Assembly: GCA_013265495.1 (NCBI GenBank)
Contig: MU058009.1
Span: 3,801,780-3,865,779, forward strand
DNA: 64,000 nt
DNA from: Vicugna vicugna
Taxonomy: Eukaryota
Direction: 5' to 3'
The position numbers and the translations under genes were made by a program. Below are positions 1-12,443 of the stretch, piece by piece. The notes beneath the pieces are model-generated. The model was not told where the DNA came from and searched no databases. It saw only the letters and a list, made by a program, of their open reading frames with translations. Every line of letters starts with the position of its first letter. The first letter of the stretch is position 1.

Positions 1-84
1 CAGGCAGCAATTCAGTAGCAGAATTGGGAGCTGCTATCTAACCCCACCTGGGAGAGAGGTTTATCACTCTACTCCTGGGTTGAG

Positions 85-232
85 AAGGACCAGGGTTCCA
101 ATCCTGACCCGGATATTAACCTCTCCAAGCCGCATTTTTTCCATTTGTAAAACTGAAATAATAACTTCATACATTTCACTGGGCTGTGGTCAGTGTTAAA
201 TAAACTAATGCCAAGCACTTGTCATATATTAA
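85..232 (+). mobile_element. MIR SINE fragment
   Basis: gggttccaatcctg...aacctctccaagccgcattttttccatttgtaaaactg...aaagcactt follows the MIR core and 3' order. Confidence 0.65.
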
Positions 233-2189
233 GTTCTTTTTAAATGTGCACCGTGGTGGCACTAAGTCTGTGCTGCTCCCGTGGGCAAGGAGTAGGCTTC
301 AGAATCAGGTTGATCCAGGCGCTCCCGACTCCTCCCCTCGTGACCGTGTAACTTTGAGCGAGTTCCTGCCTGCCTTCTGCGAGGCCGCATTCCATACATG
401 ACATGGGATTCTAACAGCTCCCAGTGCAATGAGGGGCTTCCCTGAGGTGACACACAGGATGGACATTAACAAGGGCCAGTTTTCTCCTGAATCCTTGTCT
501 AATTGATGTTGGCCCCAGTTTGGGGCAGAGCTAGACTTTTAATATTGCTTTTTTCATGGTGACATCTGCTCACAAGTGGCCAAAGAAATAGCTCCCTGTT
601 TACTTCCCAGCTTCTGCGTGAAACGTCTGTTGCTTTGTCTAAGGTGACACATGCCAGCACAGAGGCCCAGGCCGTCCGCACCGCCTCCTGGTTACCTGCC
701 CCAGCACTGCTGGGCTCGGTCCCTTTAAAACCCAGGTCCAGTCTGGTCTGCACCGCACAGCTGGGGCACCCGCCTCTGGCCAGCTAGGCGTGCTGCCCTG
801 GGTATGGTTGTGTCCATGGAAGGCCAGAGTCATAGTCCATGAAAAAGTTAATTTAAAATTTTAAAAGCAAATAACAGGAGAGACATCCCACCTGCCAGGG
901 AAGTAATCTTTTAAATCTTTTAGGTCATGGAGGAATGTGCGTGCGTGCTATGTATGTATTCCGGCCCTGTGCGCACACCCATGCTTTGTCTCCTCCCCTG
1001 GTTCCCAAAGCAGGTTCATCCGACCCACCTGTATTCTTGGCTGCTTCCCCGCCGGCCCACTGTCCAGGCCGTGCTGTCCGGTCACCTCTGCTCTCGCCGG
1101 GCCAGCGGCTTTCCCTGCTCGTCCTGTCCCTTCTGCGAGATGTGGAAAGCTGGCCCCAGATCAAAGTTGTTGAGCTGCCAGGCGGTAACCGGTCCTCTCT
1201 TACCATTATTGACAGTGAGCCTTCCCTGCCCCTAATTTGGATCTCTGCCTACCTCCTCCACCACCTACCTTCTTCTCAGTTCTTGTGACTGAGCCACAAG
1301 AACAAAAATCAAAAATACAAATGTCCTTACATCGATACTTGGCATGAAGTTTCATCTCTCGAAAGCCAGTCTAGCCCTAGTGGTACACAAGAGAACGTAT
1401 CTTGCAGAGAGGTTGTGAGGATGTGACAAAAATGAAAGTTCTTGGAACAAATATGCAATCAAAACATGGAAGCATTCTCCGTTTGCTTCCCAGACTCTGA
1501 CTCTGGCCTCTTCCTGCAGCTCAGCTTCGCTGAGATCTGATAGTCAGCACGGTTCCCCTCGTCGGCTCCTTTGCCCCCAACAGCTGGATCCCACCAGGTG
1601 TCAGTGCTGCTCCGGGCACAGCGTGGCCTCAGCAGAGTCAGCGTAGTTACCCAAAGAGCCCCTTACAGTCTGACCTGGTTCTCATGCAGTGGAACCATTT
1701 CTGGGAGGAAGAGTGTGGATTTATCTGTTCATGAAATTTACTGATTATAAGACGGTGGTGCCCCACTGGTGTCTAGAAGCATTACTGTCGTAGGAAAGAG
1801 TCAGAGGGGACAGTCTGCTGAGTTGTCCAGATGTAGGAAAACTTTATTCAAAAGCAGACATAGAAGTTCCTAGTAAGGAAATCAGACACAGAAGCTTTAT
1901 TTGGAATTGCTCTGGCTGACATGGGGTAGGCTGGCCTCAGGACACACCTGTCATGCCACTCAAGCTGTACCTGTTTCGCATGGTTTGAGGTCATGCCATA
2001 TGTTTGTGTTCTGGAAAGCTAGATCCAGGTTTTACCATCAAATGCTGGAGGAGCATGGACAATCCCTTTGGTCATAGTTTTATTATCTCTAGAATGAAAT
2101 AGTGTAATTATCCCTGTACGCCACATGAGAACGTTTTTAGAAGTTAAGACTTTAGAATAATAAATACAACAGCAATAAAAACTTAGACT

Positions 2190-2372
2190 TGCGGATTTGT
2201 TGCAGGTACTCTTCTAGAAAACTTTGCATGAATTAACTCGGTCTTCAGAGTAACTTCAAAAGCCTGTTCGCTGTTACTATGCCCATTTGACAGATGAGAA
2301 TAGAGAGGCACAGAGAGGTTAAGCAACTTGCCTGAGGTCACACAGCTGGTAAGCTGGCATTTCAACCAGGCC
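2190..2372 (-). mobile_element. MIR SINE
   Basis: cccatttgacagatgagaatagagaggcacagagaggttaagcaacttgcctgaggtcacacagctggtaag is the reverse-complement MIR core. Confidence 0.9.
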
Positions 2373-3524
2373 ATGGGAGTACACACTGGCACTGCTGCCT
2401 CACCCTGCCTCTTAACAAACTTAAGAAGGGGTGGTCACAGCAGACCAGGCAGAGGCTGTCTAGAATGTCGTCAGCCTAGAGGAGGCTGCAGTCCTACGGA
2501 CAGGAACAGAAGGTGACACTGATGCTTCTCCTGTCTTGGTCTGAGGGTTTCTTAAGACGTTGCTGACTGGACTGGAGGTTCTCTCTTTGCGGAGAGCATT
2601 TATTTTACAAAGAAAATTGCTATTCATCTGATAGATTTTATAGTTGAAGTAGGAATGCTGCTTCCAATAAGGAAGTGTTGGAAATCTCAGCTGTGTTCTG
2701 CCTGCAGCTCCCGCCGCAGACGCCTCCCTGGTGGGGCAGGTACTCAGTCCCCACTGTCGGGGGCTGCAAGACCTAACCATCTTACTGTTCCTCCGAGGGG
2801 TCGAAGAGGCTCTTTCTGAAGCTCAAACTCTGCTCCTGCCCCACAGGGCAAAGGCCTCTCCTGACGCTCTCTGGAGAGAGGCTGGCAGCCTTTCAAAGGC
2901 GTGAGTGGCCAGATTCCCCTTCTGGTCCTGTTGTGCCAGGGAAAGACGGGGCACCGCCCCGGGAGGGCACGGGCGCAGAGGAGCTCTGAGTCTGAGAATG
3001 TCTTTTTGTTTGCTTTCTTCTGTGATTTCGTGCTGGTTCTGTAACCTCCCTGCCGCTGGGAAGAATACGGTCTTCAAAGGGCTTCCTTAGGCCAGAAAAA
3101 AAAGGATGAGGCCAAATCGAAAGAAACAGAACCTCTTCGTGCTGGAGGGATAAACACATGCAACTTCTCATTGTGACAGTAAGACAAAGACTAAAAACAA
3201 GACTGGGCTGCAGAAAGGCTTCACCCCGTGCGTCTCGGTGTAGGTGATTAGATGGGCTCATTCTGGTCCTTTCAAGGTGACCCTGAGGAGGCCTGACCCA
3301 CCCAGCAGAGGCTCCCCTGCAGGCGCTCATCAGCCGTACTTCGGTGTTGCCCGAACCGTGGGCTTGACCTAGTTTACCGTTTCTTGTCTTGTTAACAAGG
3401 CTAACTACCCCACTGCTTCGGAAAAGACCTTGAAATGTGAGTCCAGAGGCCACACCACAGGACATCACCTGCACAGGTGACTTCAGTTAAGTGCTGGGTC
3501 TCGTCACCCTGCGGCCTTACCCCG

Positions 3525-3690
3525 CCTCAGTGTGGGAATCCCCTGGGAAGTTTCCTAAAACTGTTGGATGCCCTTGTTCCACCCCCTCCAAAGCTACTGA
3601 ATCAGAATCTCCAGGAAGGACTGAAGCATCGGTGTTGTTTACAACCGTCAGAGGTGATTCTGACGCACAGTCCAGGCTGAGAATGACTCA
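3525..3690. mobile_element. MER5A/MER5B-like hAT-Charlie DNA transposon relic
   Basis: gaatcccctggg...ctactgaatcagaatctc...ggtgattctgacgcacagtccaggctgagaa are typical MER5 segments. Confidence 0.75.
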
Positions 3691-3984
3691 GACGTGTGGC
3701 TTCTCCTCACTGGTGACCAAAGGCTGCTGGTGTCTGCCTTCTGTTCACCTGAAGGTTATGGTATTAAAGAAGTCACCTGAATTTTCCAGACATTAAAATC
3801 AGCATCAAACGTTTGCTTTCAGTACAAATACAAATGGACTCGTGGGAATGACATGGTTCAAACATGCATTCTTAGGAGCTCTCTTTCTGTGCTCGTTTGC
3901 TACCCTTGGGCAATTAATGTGTGTCCACATTATCATTACTTGCTAACTTATCTGGTCAGACTTACGCTCTGTACCCAAATCAAC

Positions 3985-4238
3985 ATGATGATGGTGATGA
4001 TGATGGTAATGATGGTGGTGATGATGATGATGGTGATGATGGTGATGATGGTGGTGGTGGTGATGATGGTGATGATGGTGGTGGTGGTGGTGATGATGGT
4101 GATGATGATGGTGATGATGATGGTGGTGGTGGTGGTGATGATGGTGATGATGATGGTGGTGGTGGTGATGATGGTGATGATGATGGTGATGATTATGGTG
4201 GTGGTGGTGGTGATTATGGTGGCGGTGGTGATGGTGGT
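3985..4238. repeat. Compound (GAT/GGT)n trinucleotide repeat, ~250 bp
   Basis: Read directly; it produces the poly-His, poly-Asp/Gly, poly-Met/Val and poly-Ile/Thr ORFs in the track. Confidence 0.98.
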
Positions 4239-4284
4239 TCCCCAATTCACTAGACTGAGGAGTTCTGTGACTCTGGGAAGTCAG

Positions 4285-4390
4285 GAGCTGACCACCACTG
4301 TGACTTTGGGTGAGTCACTATCCTTACTAAGCCTTAGTTTTAAAAAAAATTTACTCAAAGAGTGGCGTTAGACTTGATGGGTGGTTTTCT
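4285..4390 (+). mobile_element. MIR/MIR3 fragment
   Basis: ctgtgactttgggtgagtcactatccttactaagccttagtttt resembles the MIR core. Confidence 0.55.
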
Positions 4391-7300
4391 GAAGCTATTT
4401 CACAGTGGAACCCTTCTAAAGTAAGCAGATTTAGAGGGGAGTTTCTCTGGCTGCAGCCAGGCGTTAGAAGGTGGGAGCCGGGCTCTGCCTCTGTGAAGTC
4501 TCACTGAGACCAGTGTGAACCCTCATGAGGTCAGAAGGGACAGGAGGAATCTCAACTGAGGCTGATGTGTGAGTGTCCGTCTGCCTGCCTTCTCCCTGTG
4601 CAGCTCTGGTTGCCAGCCCCTCCTTTCAGGGAGAGGCAGCAGGGAGACTTGTTGGCGGCCATGAGTAGGACGCCAGTTTGTAAACTGCTGCAATAGAAAA
4701 TCACCGAGTTTTCTTAAAGCGCCAGTGTTCTAGATTTTAAGATTTCTGATCCTTAAAATATCTCTTAAATGAAGCAGAGAAAGAAGGAGAAGCCCACCCA
4801 CTTTTTGACAAGAGGGCCATCGCCTGGGACAGCTTTGGGACAACCGATCAGGTTGAATGGACAGTGATGCACCTGCAGGATGGACCTGGAAAACAAGAAG
4901 GACCGGGAAGTGAGCTCCGGGCTGAAGCCCCATCAGGAGTCCCCAGCACGTTAGAAAGTCAGAGCAGTCTGGACGGAAGTCCGTGTTCCGTTCCTGAAAC
5001 CGGAGAGACCCACAGAGTGGCTAGTCAAAAGAATAACAGTTTGGAGAAGGAGGAGAACTGACTGAAACAGATGAAACAATATAAGACTCCAATAAGCTCA
5101 GGTATCACTCTGGAATTAATGGAGGACAAATTGGATCTGCAGTTAACTTAAATACCCATCTGCTCACATCCCTGGAGCCCATCAATTTGTGGGGCTAATT
5201 AGGTGTTGCCATCCTGAGAGCAGCGGGGGGCTAACCACATTCCCTGGAGTTCTATTGTTCACACAGCTCCTTCCTGCTACCGTCCAGACCCCTGAGCTGG
5301 AGCAGAAGGGAGAGAGATGGAGACGGCCCATCCTGGAGTGGTCCAGAGGGCTTGGAGGAGATAGCGCTGGTCACCCACGTTCTCACCAGGACCTTCCTGG
5401 AAGATGGCACTGAGACGTCTCCAGACCCACTCACACCCTCTCTACTGTGTTTCGCCATCACTACGACAAACGTTGCTTTTGTCCGCCTATCCAGGCATCG
5501 TCTCAGCCCCTCCTTCAGCCCCCTCTGCTGCCTGACTTGGCTTCTCTGACAGCAGCTCTGTCTGCACATGAGACCTTAACATACACTCTTCCACGTAACC
5601 GCTTCTTAATTAAGTCAGGCTGTGGCTCAGTTTCTCAGAATCGTTTCCAGAGGGCTTAATTTGACTTCTGCTCAAAATTAATATTTTACATTTTACTCTT
5701 AAAAGAAACAAAAAAAAAAGAGGGGGCTGGAAAGAGAATCAAGGAAGGGGAAGGAGAACATGGTCCACGGGAAGCAAGGAATCATATTTCAGCTCCCGTC
5801 ACTAAAGTGTTCAAGCCTCTGTCGCGGTTTCCAGCAGGGAATACTCACCTGTGACACTCACTTCAGCAAAACAAGGCGTGGATCAAGGTAATCAAGTGGC
5901 ACAGCTCGGAGCGAACTAAGGGAAGATGCTATCAGCAGGAGACACCTGCAGATCGGAGACTTCCCACGTGCCAGTCCTGGCCAGGGGCCGTGGGGCGCCT
6001 GCTGACTCCCCCAGCGGTGGGGTGCTGGGTGCCCCGTGAGCCGGCACAGCCGGGGGCCTGATCGCCATCAGGACTGATGTCCATCTTCCCTCCCTAGAGC
6101 TGGCCGACGACTGCTCAGTGCCGTGGCCCAGGCGCCCCCTGGGCTCTGTTTTGCTCTCCCCACTGACTGTGGTGCACAGAGGCCTGGGGTCCTGTTCACC
6201 TTGTGATTGCAGGGAACCCTCTCTTCCGTGGGGAGGTGTGGGGTGCTGGCCCCGCCGAACACCCTTGTCTGTTCTCCATCCAGCCCCTCACTGACCTTCT
6301 CCTCTAGACCAGACCGGGGTCTAGTTGCTGGAGCAGCAGCAGTGACACGCAGGCGTGAGTGATGCCTTCCTCAGCCTGCAGATCCCTGGGCCACCGAGCA
6401 CAGGCTGGCTGAGGGCTCACGTGTACAAGTTCCCTCTGAGTGTCGGGGCAGCTGTACAGAAGAGATCTCAAGCAGAGACAGAGGTGTTGCCTGAAGATCA
6501 CAGCCACTGCCTGAACATGGGACCGGCTTGGGTTTTTGCAGGATGGCTGTGATCACATGTGCAGAGAAATCCCGCAAGTCTTCTAGCATCGGCCATTGCA
6601 AGACCACCTCTGTGGAATCTCCGAGGCGTACGACCTACCCCGAGGCTGAGGGGCTGTAACGAGGTGCTGCGTCTCTGGCTGAGCGTGTGAGAGGTCAGGT
6701 GCAATCTCCCTGAGGACCGCTTCCTTTATCCTCGGCCTCCTCTCTGCCTCCCAGTGAAGACCAGTGCTGTCATGGAGGGAGGAGAGGAGGGGTCGACGGA
6801 GGAGAAAGGTGCTCGAGAGACCAGTCAGACTGCGTACCTGACCATTTATCCAGCCACAAGGAAGGTGTGAATCCAGGCGAAGCTGTGTGACAATACCCGT
6901 CATCTAGGTGATCGCCTGAAATGCTGGTTCCACTGGAACCTGGTAGGATGTTGAGAAACTTCCCCCGGGGCCTGGGCTGAGGCTCCCAGGGGTACTTGCT
7001 CCTCCCCTAATACGTATGGCTGATTACTGGCCAGATGTCCCCCGAGTCCCAGACTCCTGGGCAAAAAACAGCAGCAGACCTGCAGAAGGGGGCCTCTGCT
7101 GAGCAGCTGCCTTGCTCAGGGCCGCCCCCAGTCCTTACCGGCCGGAGAGGGCCCGTCGCACCACGCGCCGCGTGGCCGTGCGCTGTGCCAGCAGGGGTGC
7201 GGGAACCCTCCCATGCAGGGATTTTCTTCATAACCGTACATATGTTGTAGGAACAGACTTATTATAAGGGACTTGGTTTATCACATTTCTTAATTTCTTT

Positions 7301-8054
7301 CCCTAAATATTTTATCAGCATGATAGATTTGTCTTAAGAAGATTGAAAGATACATTTTCCTTTAGCCGATTTGGGTAAGAAAGGAAATGATTTTTTTTTC
7401 CCTGAAAATGAGTTCAGGACAGCGATGAGCTGGTGTGTGCTCAGGTGCTTTATAATGGGGGGGCTTATCATTTATCCCGTTTTGTGGGTCATGACCAAGT
7501 GCTGCTTCTGCAGTGGGCAGGCTTGAAACACTGCCAAACATATACGATGCCAGGCTTCACCGGGCTCGGGTCTGGGGGTCTCCGTGCTCTTGTTCAGACA
7601 GGAGGGCACCACACAGTCAGCCCTCACGGCCCCCCGCCTTCCTGCAAGGGCCTCATTTACAGAAAGTAACCCTCACCGCGCTCACAGGACGCAGGTGTGG
7701 GCCACTTAGCAGTGAGGAACACTGAGGCGCAGAGAGGTGACGCGCCCCCCGAGGCGGTGAGCAAGCGGAGAGGTCTGGTCCCAGTGCCAGGCGGCATGCT
7801 GGGGACCCCCGCCCGCAGCCGGCCCCGCAGAGCGCCTCCTGTCTCTGGCCGCGCACAGGGCCGCGCGGCAGGCGCTCCGGGGAAGGGGTGGAAGAGCGTC
7901 CGTTTCACTCGGGACTTTCACGTTCACGCCTGCACGCCAGGTAGGGAGAGTTCTCTGCCCCCACGCCCTGTCTCCCTCTCTACGGTCACCCAGTTTTAAA
8001 ACTTGCCTCTTCCGTGAAGGCTTCTTCCAATGACTTATTTTGGTGTTCTTCTAG

Positions 8055-8158
8055 TTTCTTCTTCTTTTTTGTTTTCTCCCCCACTGGAGGTACTGGGGAT
8101 TGAACCCTGAACCTCGTGCGTGCTAAGCGTGCACCCTACCGCTGAGCTACAGCCTCCC
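8055..8158 (-). mobile_element. tRNA-Ala-derived camelid SINE (Vic-1 type)
   Basis: Minus strand GGGAGGCTGTAGCTCAGCGGTAGGGTGCACGCTTAGCACGCACGAGGTTCAGGGTTCAATCCCCAGTACCTCCA has A/B boxes and a tRNA-Ala(AGC)-like body, followed by an A-rich tail. Confidence 0.85.
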
Positions 8159-8270
8159 CACCAGCACTCTTCTGGTGCGTCTGCATTTGGGTCTCCGTGG
8201 CTGGACTTGCAGGTGTTCCTGTGTGTGTATATATGTATGCATGTGTCTCCATGTGTTACGCATGATCGTC

Positions 8271-8460
8271 CAGCTGACCCTTGAACAACACAAGGGTCAA
8301 TCTTTCCGTAACCTATTGTCAGTTCAGAGGATACAATTCCTCTGCGTCAGTGGACTCAGCCGTCCACTGACCGGGCAGCACTGTAGGACTTACTATTGAA
8401 AAATACGTGTGTATAAGTGGATCCGTGCAGTTCAAACCCGTATTGTTCAAGGATGGACTG
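8271..8460. mobile_element. Non-autonomous TcMar-Tigger element (Tigger2a/MER8-like), 190 bp
   Basis: Imperfect terminal inverted repeats cagctgacccttgaacaac ... attgttcaaggatggactg, followed by TA; internal aagtggatccgtgcagttcaaaccc is characteristic. Confidence 0.85.
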
Positions 8461-9174
8461 TATTATGTCTTTTAAAATATGCACGTACAGTGCTTGTTCC
8501 CTCCGCTGGTTTGGAAGCTCCCCTTGGGAGGGGGAGGCAGCCTTTCGTGCCTTTCTTCCAGTAGGGTCTTGGGTGGGCCTGTGGGGACTAGGTTACGTGG
8601 GGCACGCAGAATTGGTGAGCAGTTAATGTCGGGGGTCGGTCACGACCTCAGCACCATCCTACACCGTCTGAAATGTCCGTGGTGCTTGCGGAGAGACATA
8701 CAGCGCCCAGATTCTACTAAGAGCCTGAAACCCCAAGATCAGGCTTACCTACGGATGTGTACATATGAAACACAGTAGCACACTCCAAGAAGTCTTCTCG
8801 CTGTCAGCCCAGAGAAACAGGCAAGCGGGGAAGTGCATTTTGTGGGAGGCTTCAGGGGCAAATGCACACTGCTCGCCCAACACTGGGGCCGGCAGACTCT
8901 GCTCTGGGGGCCGGTGTGGCCTGCCACCTGTCTTTACAACACAGTTTTACAAGAGCACGTCCCTGCTCACCCGCTGCGTGTGGCCAGGCAGCCTCGTACT
9001 CCCTGCACCAGCAGACTCTGTAGGGAGGCAGAGACGGTGTGACCCAGAAGCATCGTCAATTTCTGTCTCCATTTTTGATGCGGGCGACTTCTAAACTTCA
9101 CAGGGAAGAACATCTGAAAATCCAGCTTTCTCCCCAGACCTTAACCCGTTTCTGTTTCCTCCTACAAATATCAG

Positions 9175-9204
9175 TTTGAAAAGATGTCCAGAACTTCCAT
9201 TTCT
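9175..9204 (+). other. Candidate 30-nt cassette exon
   Basis: ccttaac branch-like motif, pyrimidine tract 9145-9163, AG 9173-9174, donor TCT|GTAAGT 9205-9210; two of three frames open. Confidence 0.3.
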
Positions 9205-11494
9205 GTAAGTCAGTTATCTCCCCAGAATATTCAGAGCTGTGGTCTATTTAGAAGCAGATTTTTAGAGGAGGTTCCAGATTCTTTTTTCTTGTACTTTACC
9301 TTTTTATAGTACCTTTTCGTGTAAATCGTACTAAAATTCTTTGTGTATTGTCTCACACTTAGAATCTCTTTGCCAAGTCCTGCAGTTTGGCCGTGAATTT
9401 CTGGCGTACGTGCGATAACCGTCAGACAGTTCTGGTCCAACCAGAAACGTACAGTGGGAAATTGAAAAGAAATGAACCCGAGAGGAGGTTTCAATCTTGA
9501 ATTTTTCAGCCTTTGGAGTTTTGTTTCAATTTTCACCTCCTATTCCCAGTAAGACATATTTCCTGGTTCTCAGTATTGATTTTTATATTATAGAAGAAAG
9601 ACAAGGATGTGCTCATGGTTTCTGGGCCGTGTCCACACTCTCATGTGCTCGCTAAGAAAAGAATACAGTCCTAAGCCCTGAGTTATATGGAGCCAGAAAA
9701 CATGAAAGGGGACATGTGACCAGAGCGTGGCTTGCAGGGCTCCAGGGCCGTAGGCTGTGCACAGGACGTTTAGCCTTCAGACCCACGCGGTACCACCTGG
9801 TAACTCTGGGTTAACTCATCTTAAATCTCACACGTTTATCAGCAGGATTTGATCCCCCCACCCCTTCCCTTAGCTAAAGGTCAAGTGGATCGTGGAGAAG
9901 GGTCTAGAAACAGCAAGGCGATTCCTTGAGACTCAGAAGCATTTGATGTGGGGAAAATACAAGCCCTGGGCAAAGAAAGAATTTCACAGCTTACCGCGGA
10001 TGTGGGAGGCTCACTATTAAGGGGTTTCTTAAGTGCACGGATGGACCCCAGAGGTTATTAAAGAGGGCTGGGGTGGCACTGTGCCTCTCCAGCCTTTGAG
10101 AAGGGCATCACGGAGGGCAACCGCCCCACTGTGTGTGCAGCTGCAACGTAGGATGTTACAGGAAAGATACCTTTGGGGAGCCACTTAGCTTCCAACACAA
10201 GGAAGGGCAGGCTGCAAAAAACACCTTGCGGAGGGAGCAAGCTGACAGACAGTGGGCTCCCCATCTGCCGATCATTTATTATACGTGATTTCATTAGATT
10301 CTCGCCAAATGTCTGAATTCTATAAATCATCCTCAGTGAATAAATGATACAATTAAGACTTAGTAGAATTAAACGTTTGTCCAAAGATATGTAAAGGATT
10401 AACAGGACACAGATGTATATCTGATATTTCACTGCACCACCCCAGATAGACATGCAATGCTAGTGCCCCAAGCTCTCCTGGGGACCAAGTTTGGGAGAAA
10501 AAGCTGACTTTTATAGAGAAGCTTGTTTTTTGTTTTGTTTTGTTTTTTTTAACCCAGTAGAAATGATGATTTTAATACTCGAGGTGATTTCCTTTAGTCA
10601 TAGGTTGTGTCTCAGGCTAAGACCATCTCAAGACCTGGTTTCTCTTGGCGACATGCTCTTAGCAGCCCATCTCCTGGAATTCTAAGTACACCAACAATCA
10701 CACTGTGGGAGGAAGCGTGGGTGGCGGGCCGGTGAGCCACCGTCACCCCGTCCTCCGTCTGTGTTGTACTTTGCTGTGTGACGCACAGAACCCGAGATGT
10801 GCTGCCATTTCTCTCGGGAATATTCGTGAACTACCTTCTATGGTAAGGAAGCATGAGCCAGAGACAGAGGGGGCCGTGGTCCCCGATGCTGGGCCCAGTG
10901 TCGCTCGTTCCATCTTGTCGTCTGCCGGGGGCACAGAGGCAGGCTGTCGTGCTGACGGCGACCTGCGTTCAGATAAGCACCGCCCCTCCCTCGGTCACCT
11001 CGTAGTGGAAGATGGAGAGGCTTCCTTCCGTGAATCCTAAGCAGTAATGATACTAATTGAAACACTGCACATGACGCCGATTAGTGGTCAGGGGGGTTTA
11101 CGAAAATTAATTAAACCTAAAAGTCACTGCTTTGATAAGCATGTCTGAGCAGAGGGTAGAAGAGGTGTGTGGAGCTTCCAGAAATAGATCGCAGGCCGTG
11201 TTCATGTGCGGGCAGGAGGGAGAGCGGGAGTAAGAACTGCAAGGAGAAGGAGTGTAAGCATGCCCGGCCCTCTGAGCACCTGGAGAGAGCTCCACGAGGC
11301 GCAATCTTGAAATGCATAGGCTGATAATTGCCTTAATCACCAGAGGAACATGGCTGAAATGCACTGAAATAAGCCATAAAACTCCTTACAAGATAACAAG
11401 ATTCTATCTATTCTCCGAGGTCACGTTAGAGCTGCATAAGGTCAAGGAGTTAATCACCTCGTTCAGTAGAAGCACCTCAGATAAGAAACTGGTA

Positions 11495-11542
11495 GTGTGT
11501 GTGTGTGTGTGTGTGTGTGCATGCGCGCGCGCATGTGTGTGC
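11495..11542. repeat. (TG)n-(CG)n alternating purine-pyrimidine tract
   Basis: 48 bp of perfect R/Y alternation with a catgcgcgcgcgcatg core. Confidence 0.95.
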
Positions 11543-12420
11543 TCGTGCATGTGGTTTAAATCTCTCTAGAATCCAGGACAATAGAGATGGCCAGGTGGTG
11601 ACAGTCTCTGAATGACCAATCATTTTGTGCTTTCCTTTTTTAACTTCTGGAGCAAAAACGTCTGGGGCGTTTGCTTTGCAGAGTTAGCGTTCCCTAGATG
11701 GGCCCCTTCCCGTGTCATTCAGGTAAGCTGTCAATGGGTCAACGGCGGCGGGGGGCCGTGGCGTTAGAGGCTGGACAAACACCCCCCTTTCCCACTGGCC
11801 TAATGAAGCGAACCTTAGGCAGTTATACAGGGAAGAGGCTTAGGCATCACCTGCTCCTGCCCCTGCAGTCTGCTGGATGAAGGAAACAAGGTCCAGGCAG
11901 GCGCAAGGCTGTCCAAAGCGCCACGGGTCGTTCCCGGCGTAGCGAAACCACGAGACGGTGCAGAGTGTGATATCCCGTATTGCACTAAGAGATCAGGTTC
12001 TCGGAGAGGGAAAGGCATGCCTGAAGGCGGCAAATGTCTTTTCCCGAAGATGAAATCTCTTTACCTGCCAGGGATGCAAAGAGCAGTGCCCTTTTACACA
12101 TGGAGGTCACATGCTCACTCCTTACTCACCTAAGGTGTGGCCCAAGAGTTACGTTGGTTAAACCCGGCCTGGGAGCCGTTGCTTCTTTTGTGTTTTTGTC
12201 CTCGTCTGATGGGCTCTCCTCTGCTTCACCCTGCTCCCCTCTTCTCCATGGCTGCTGGGAAGCTCCACGTGAAACTACATCTAAGACCAGCTCTGGACTT
12301 CCTCGGTTTCTCCGTAAGGACTGAGGCACAGCAGGAATAACAGAACTGCCAAAGGACGTTTGTGGAGATGAGATGAGATTATATGACCCTGATTCATAGA
12401 AGGGTCCCAGCATAAACGGT

Positions 12421-12443
12421 TATCATCATCATCATCATCATCA
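12421..12443. repeat. (ATC)7 microsatellite
   Basis: tatcatcatcatcatcatcatca. Confidence 0.9.

Noticed and set aside
1745..2030. Possible old LTR (two antisense AATAAA words)
   Set aside because: No termini, TSD or family hallmark that I could establish; left unannotated.
3853..4371. 172-aa Met/Val-rich and 100-aa poly-His ORFs
   Set aside because: Translations of the GAT/GGT repeat with no exon context.
8085..8158. tRNA-Ala-like gene
   Set aside because: Mismatched stems and an A-rich tail indicate a tRNA-derived SINE, not a functional tRNA.
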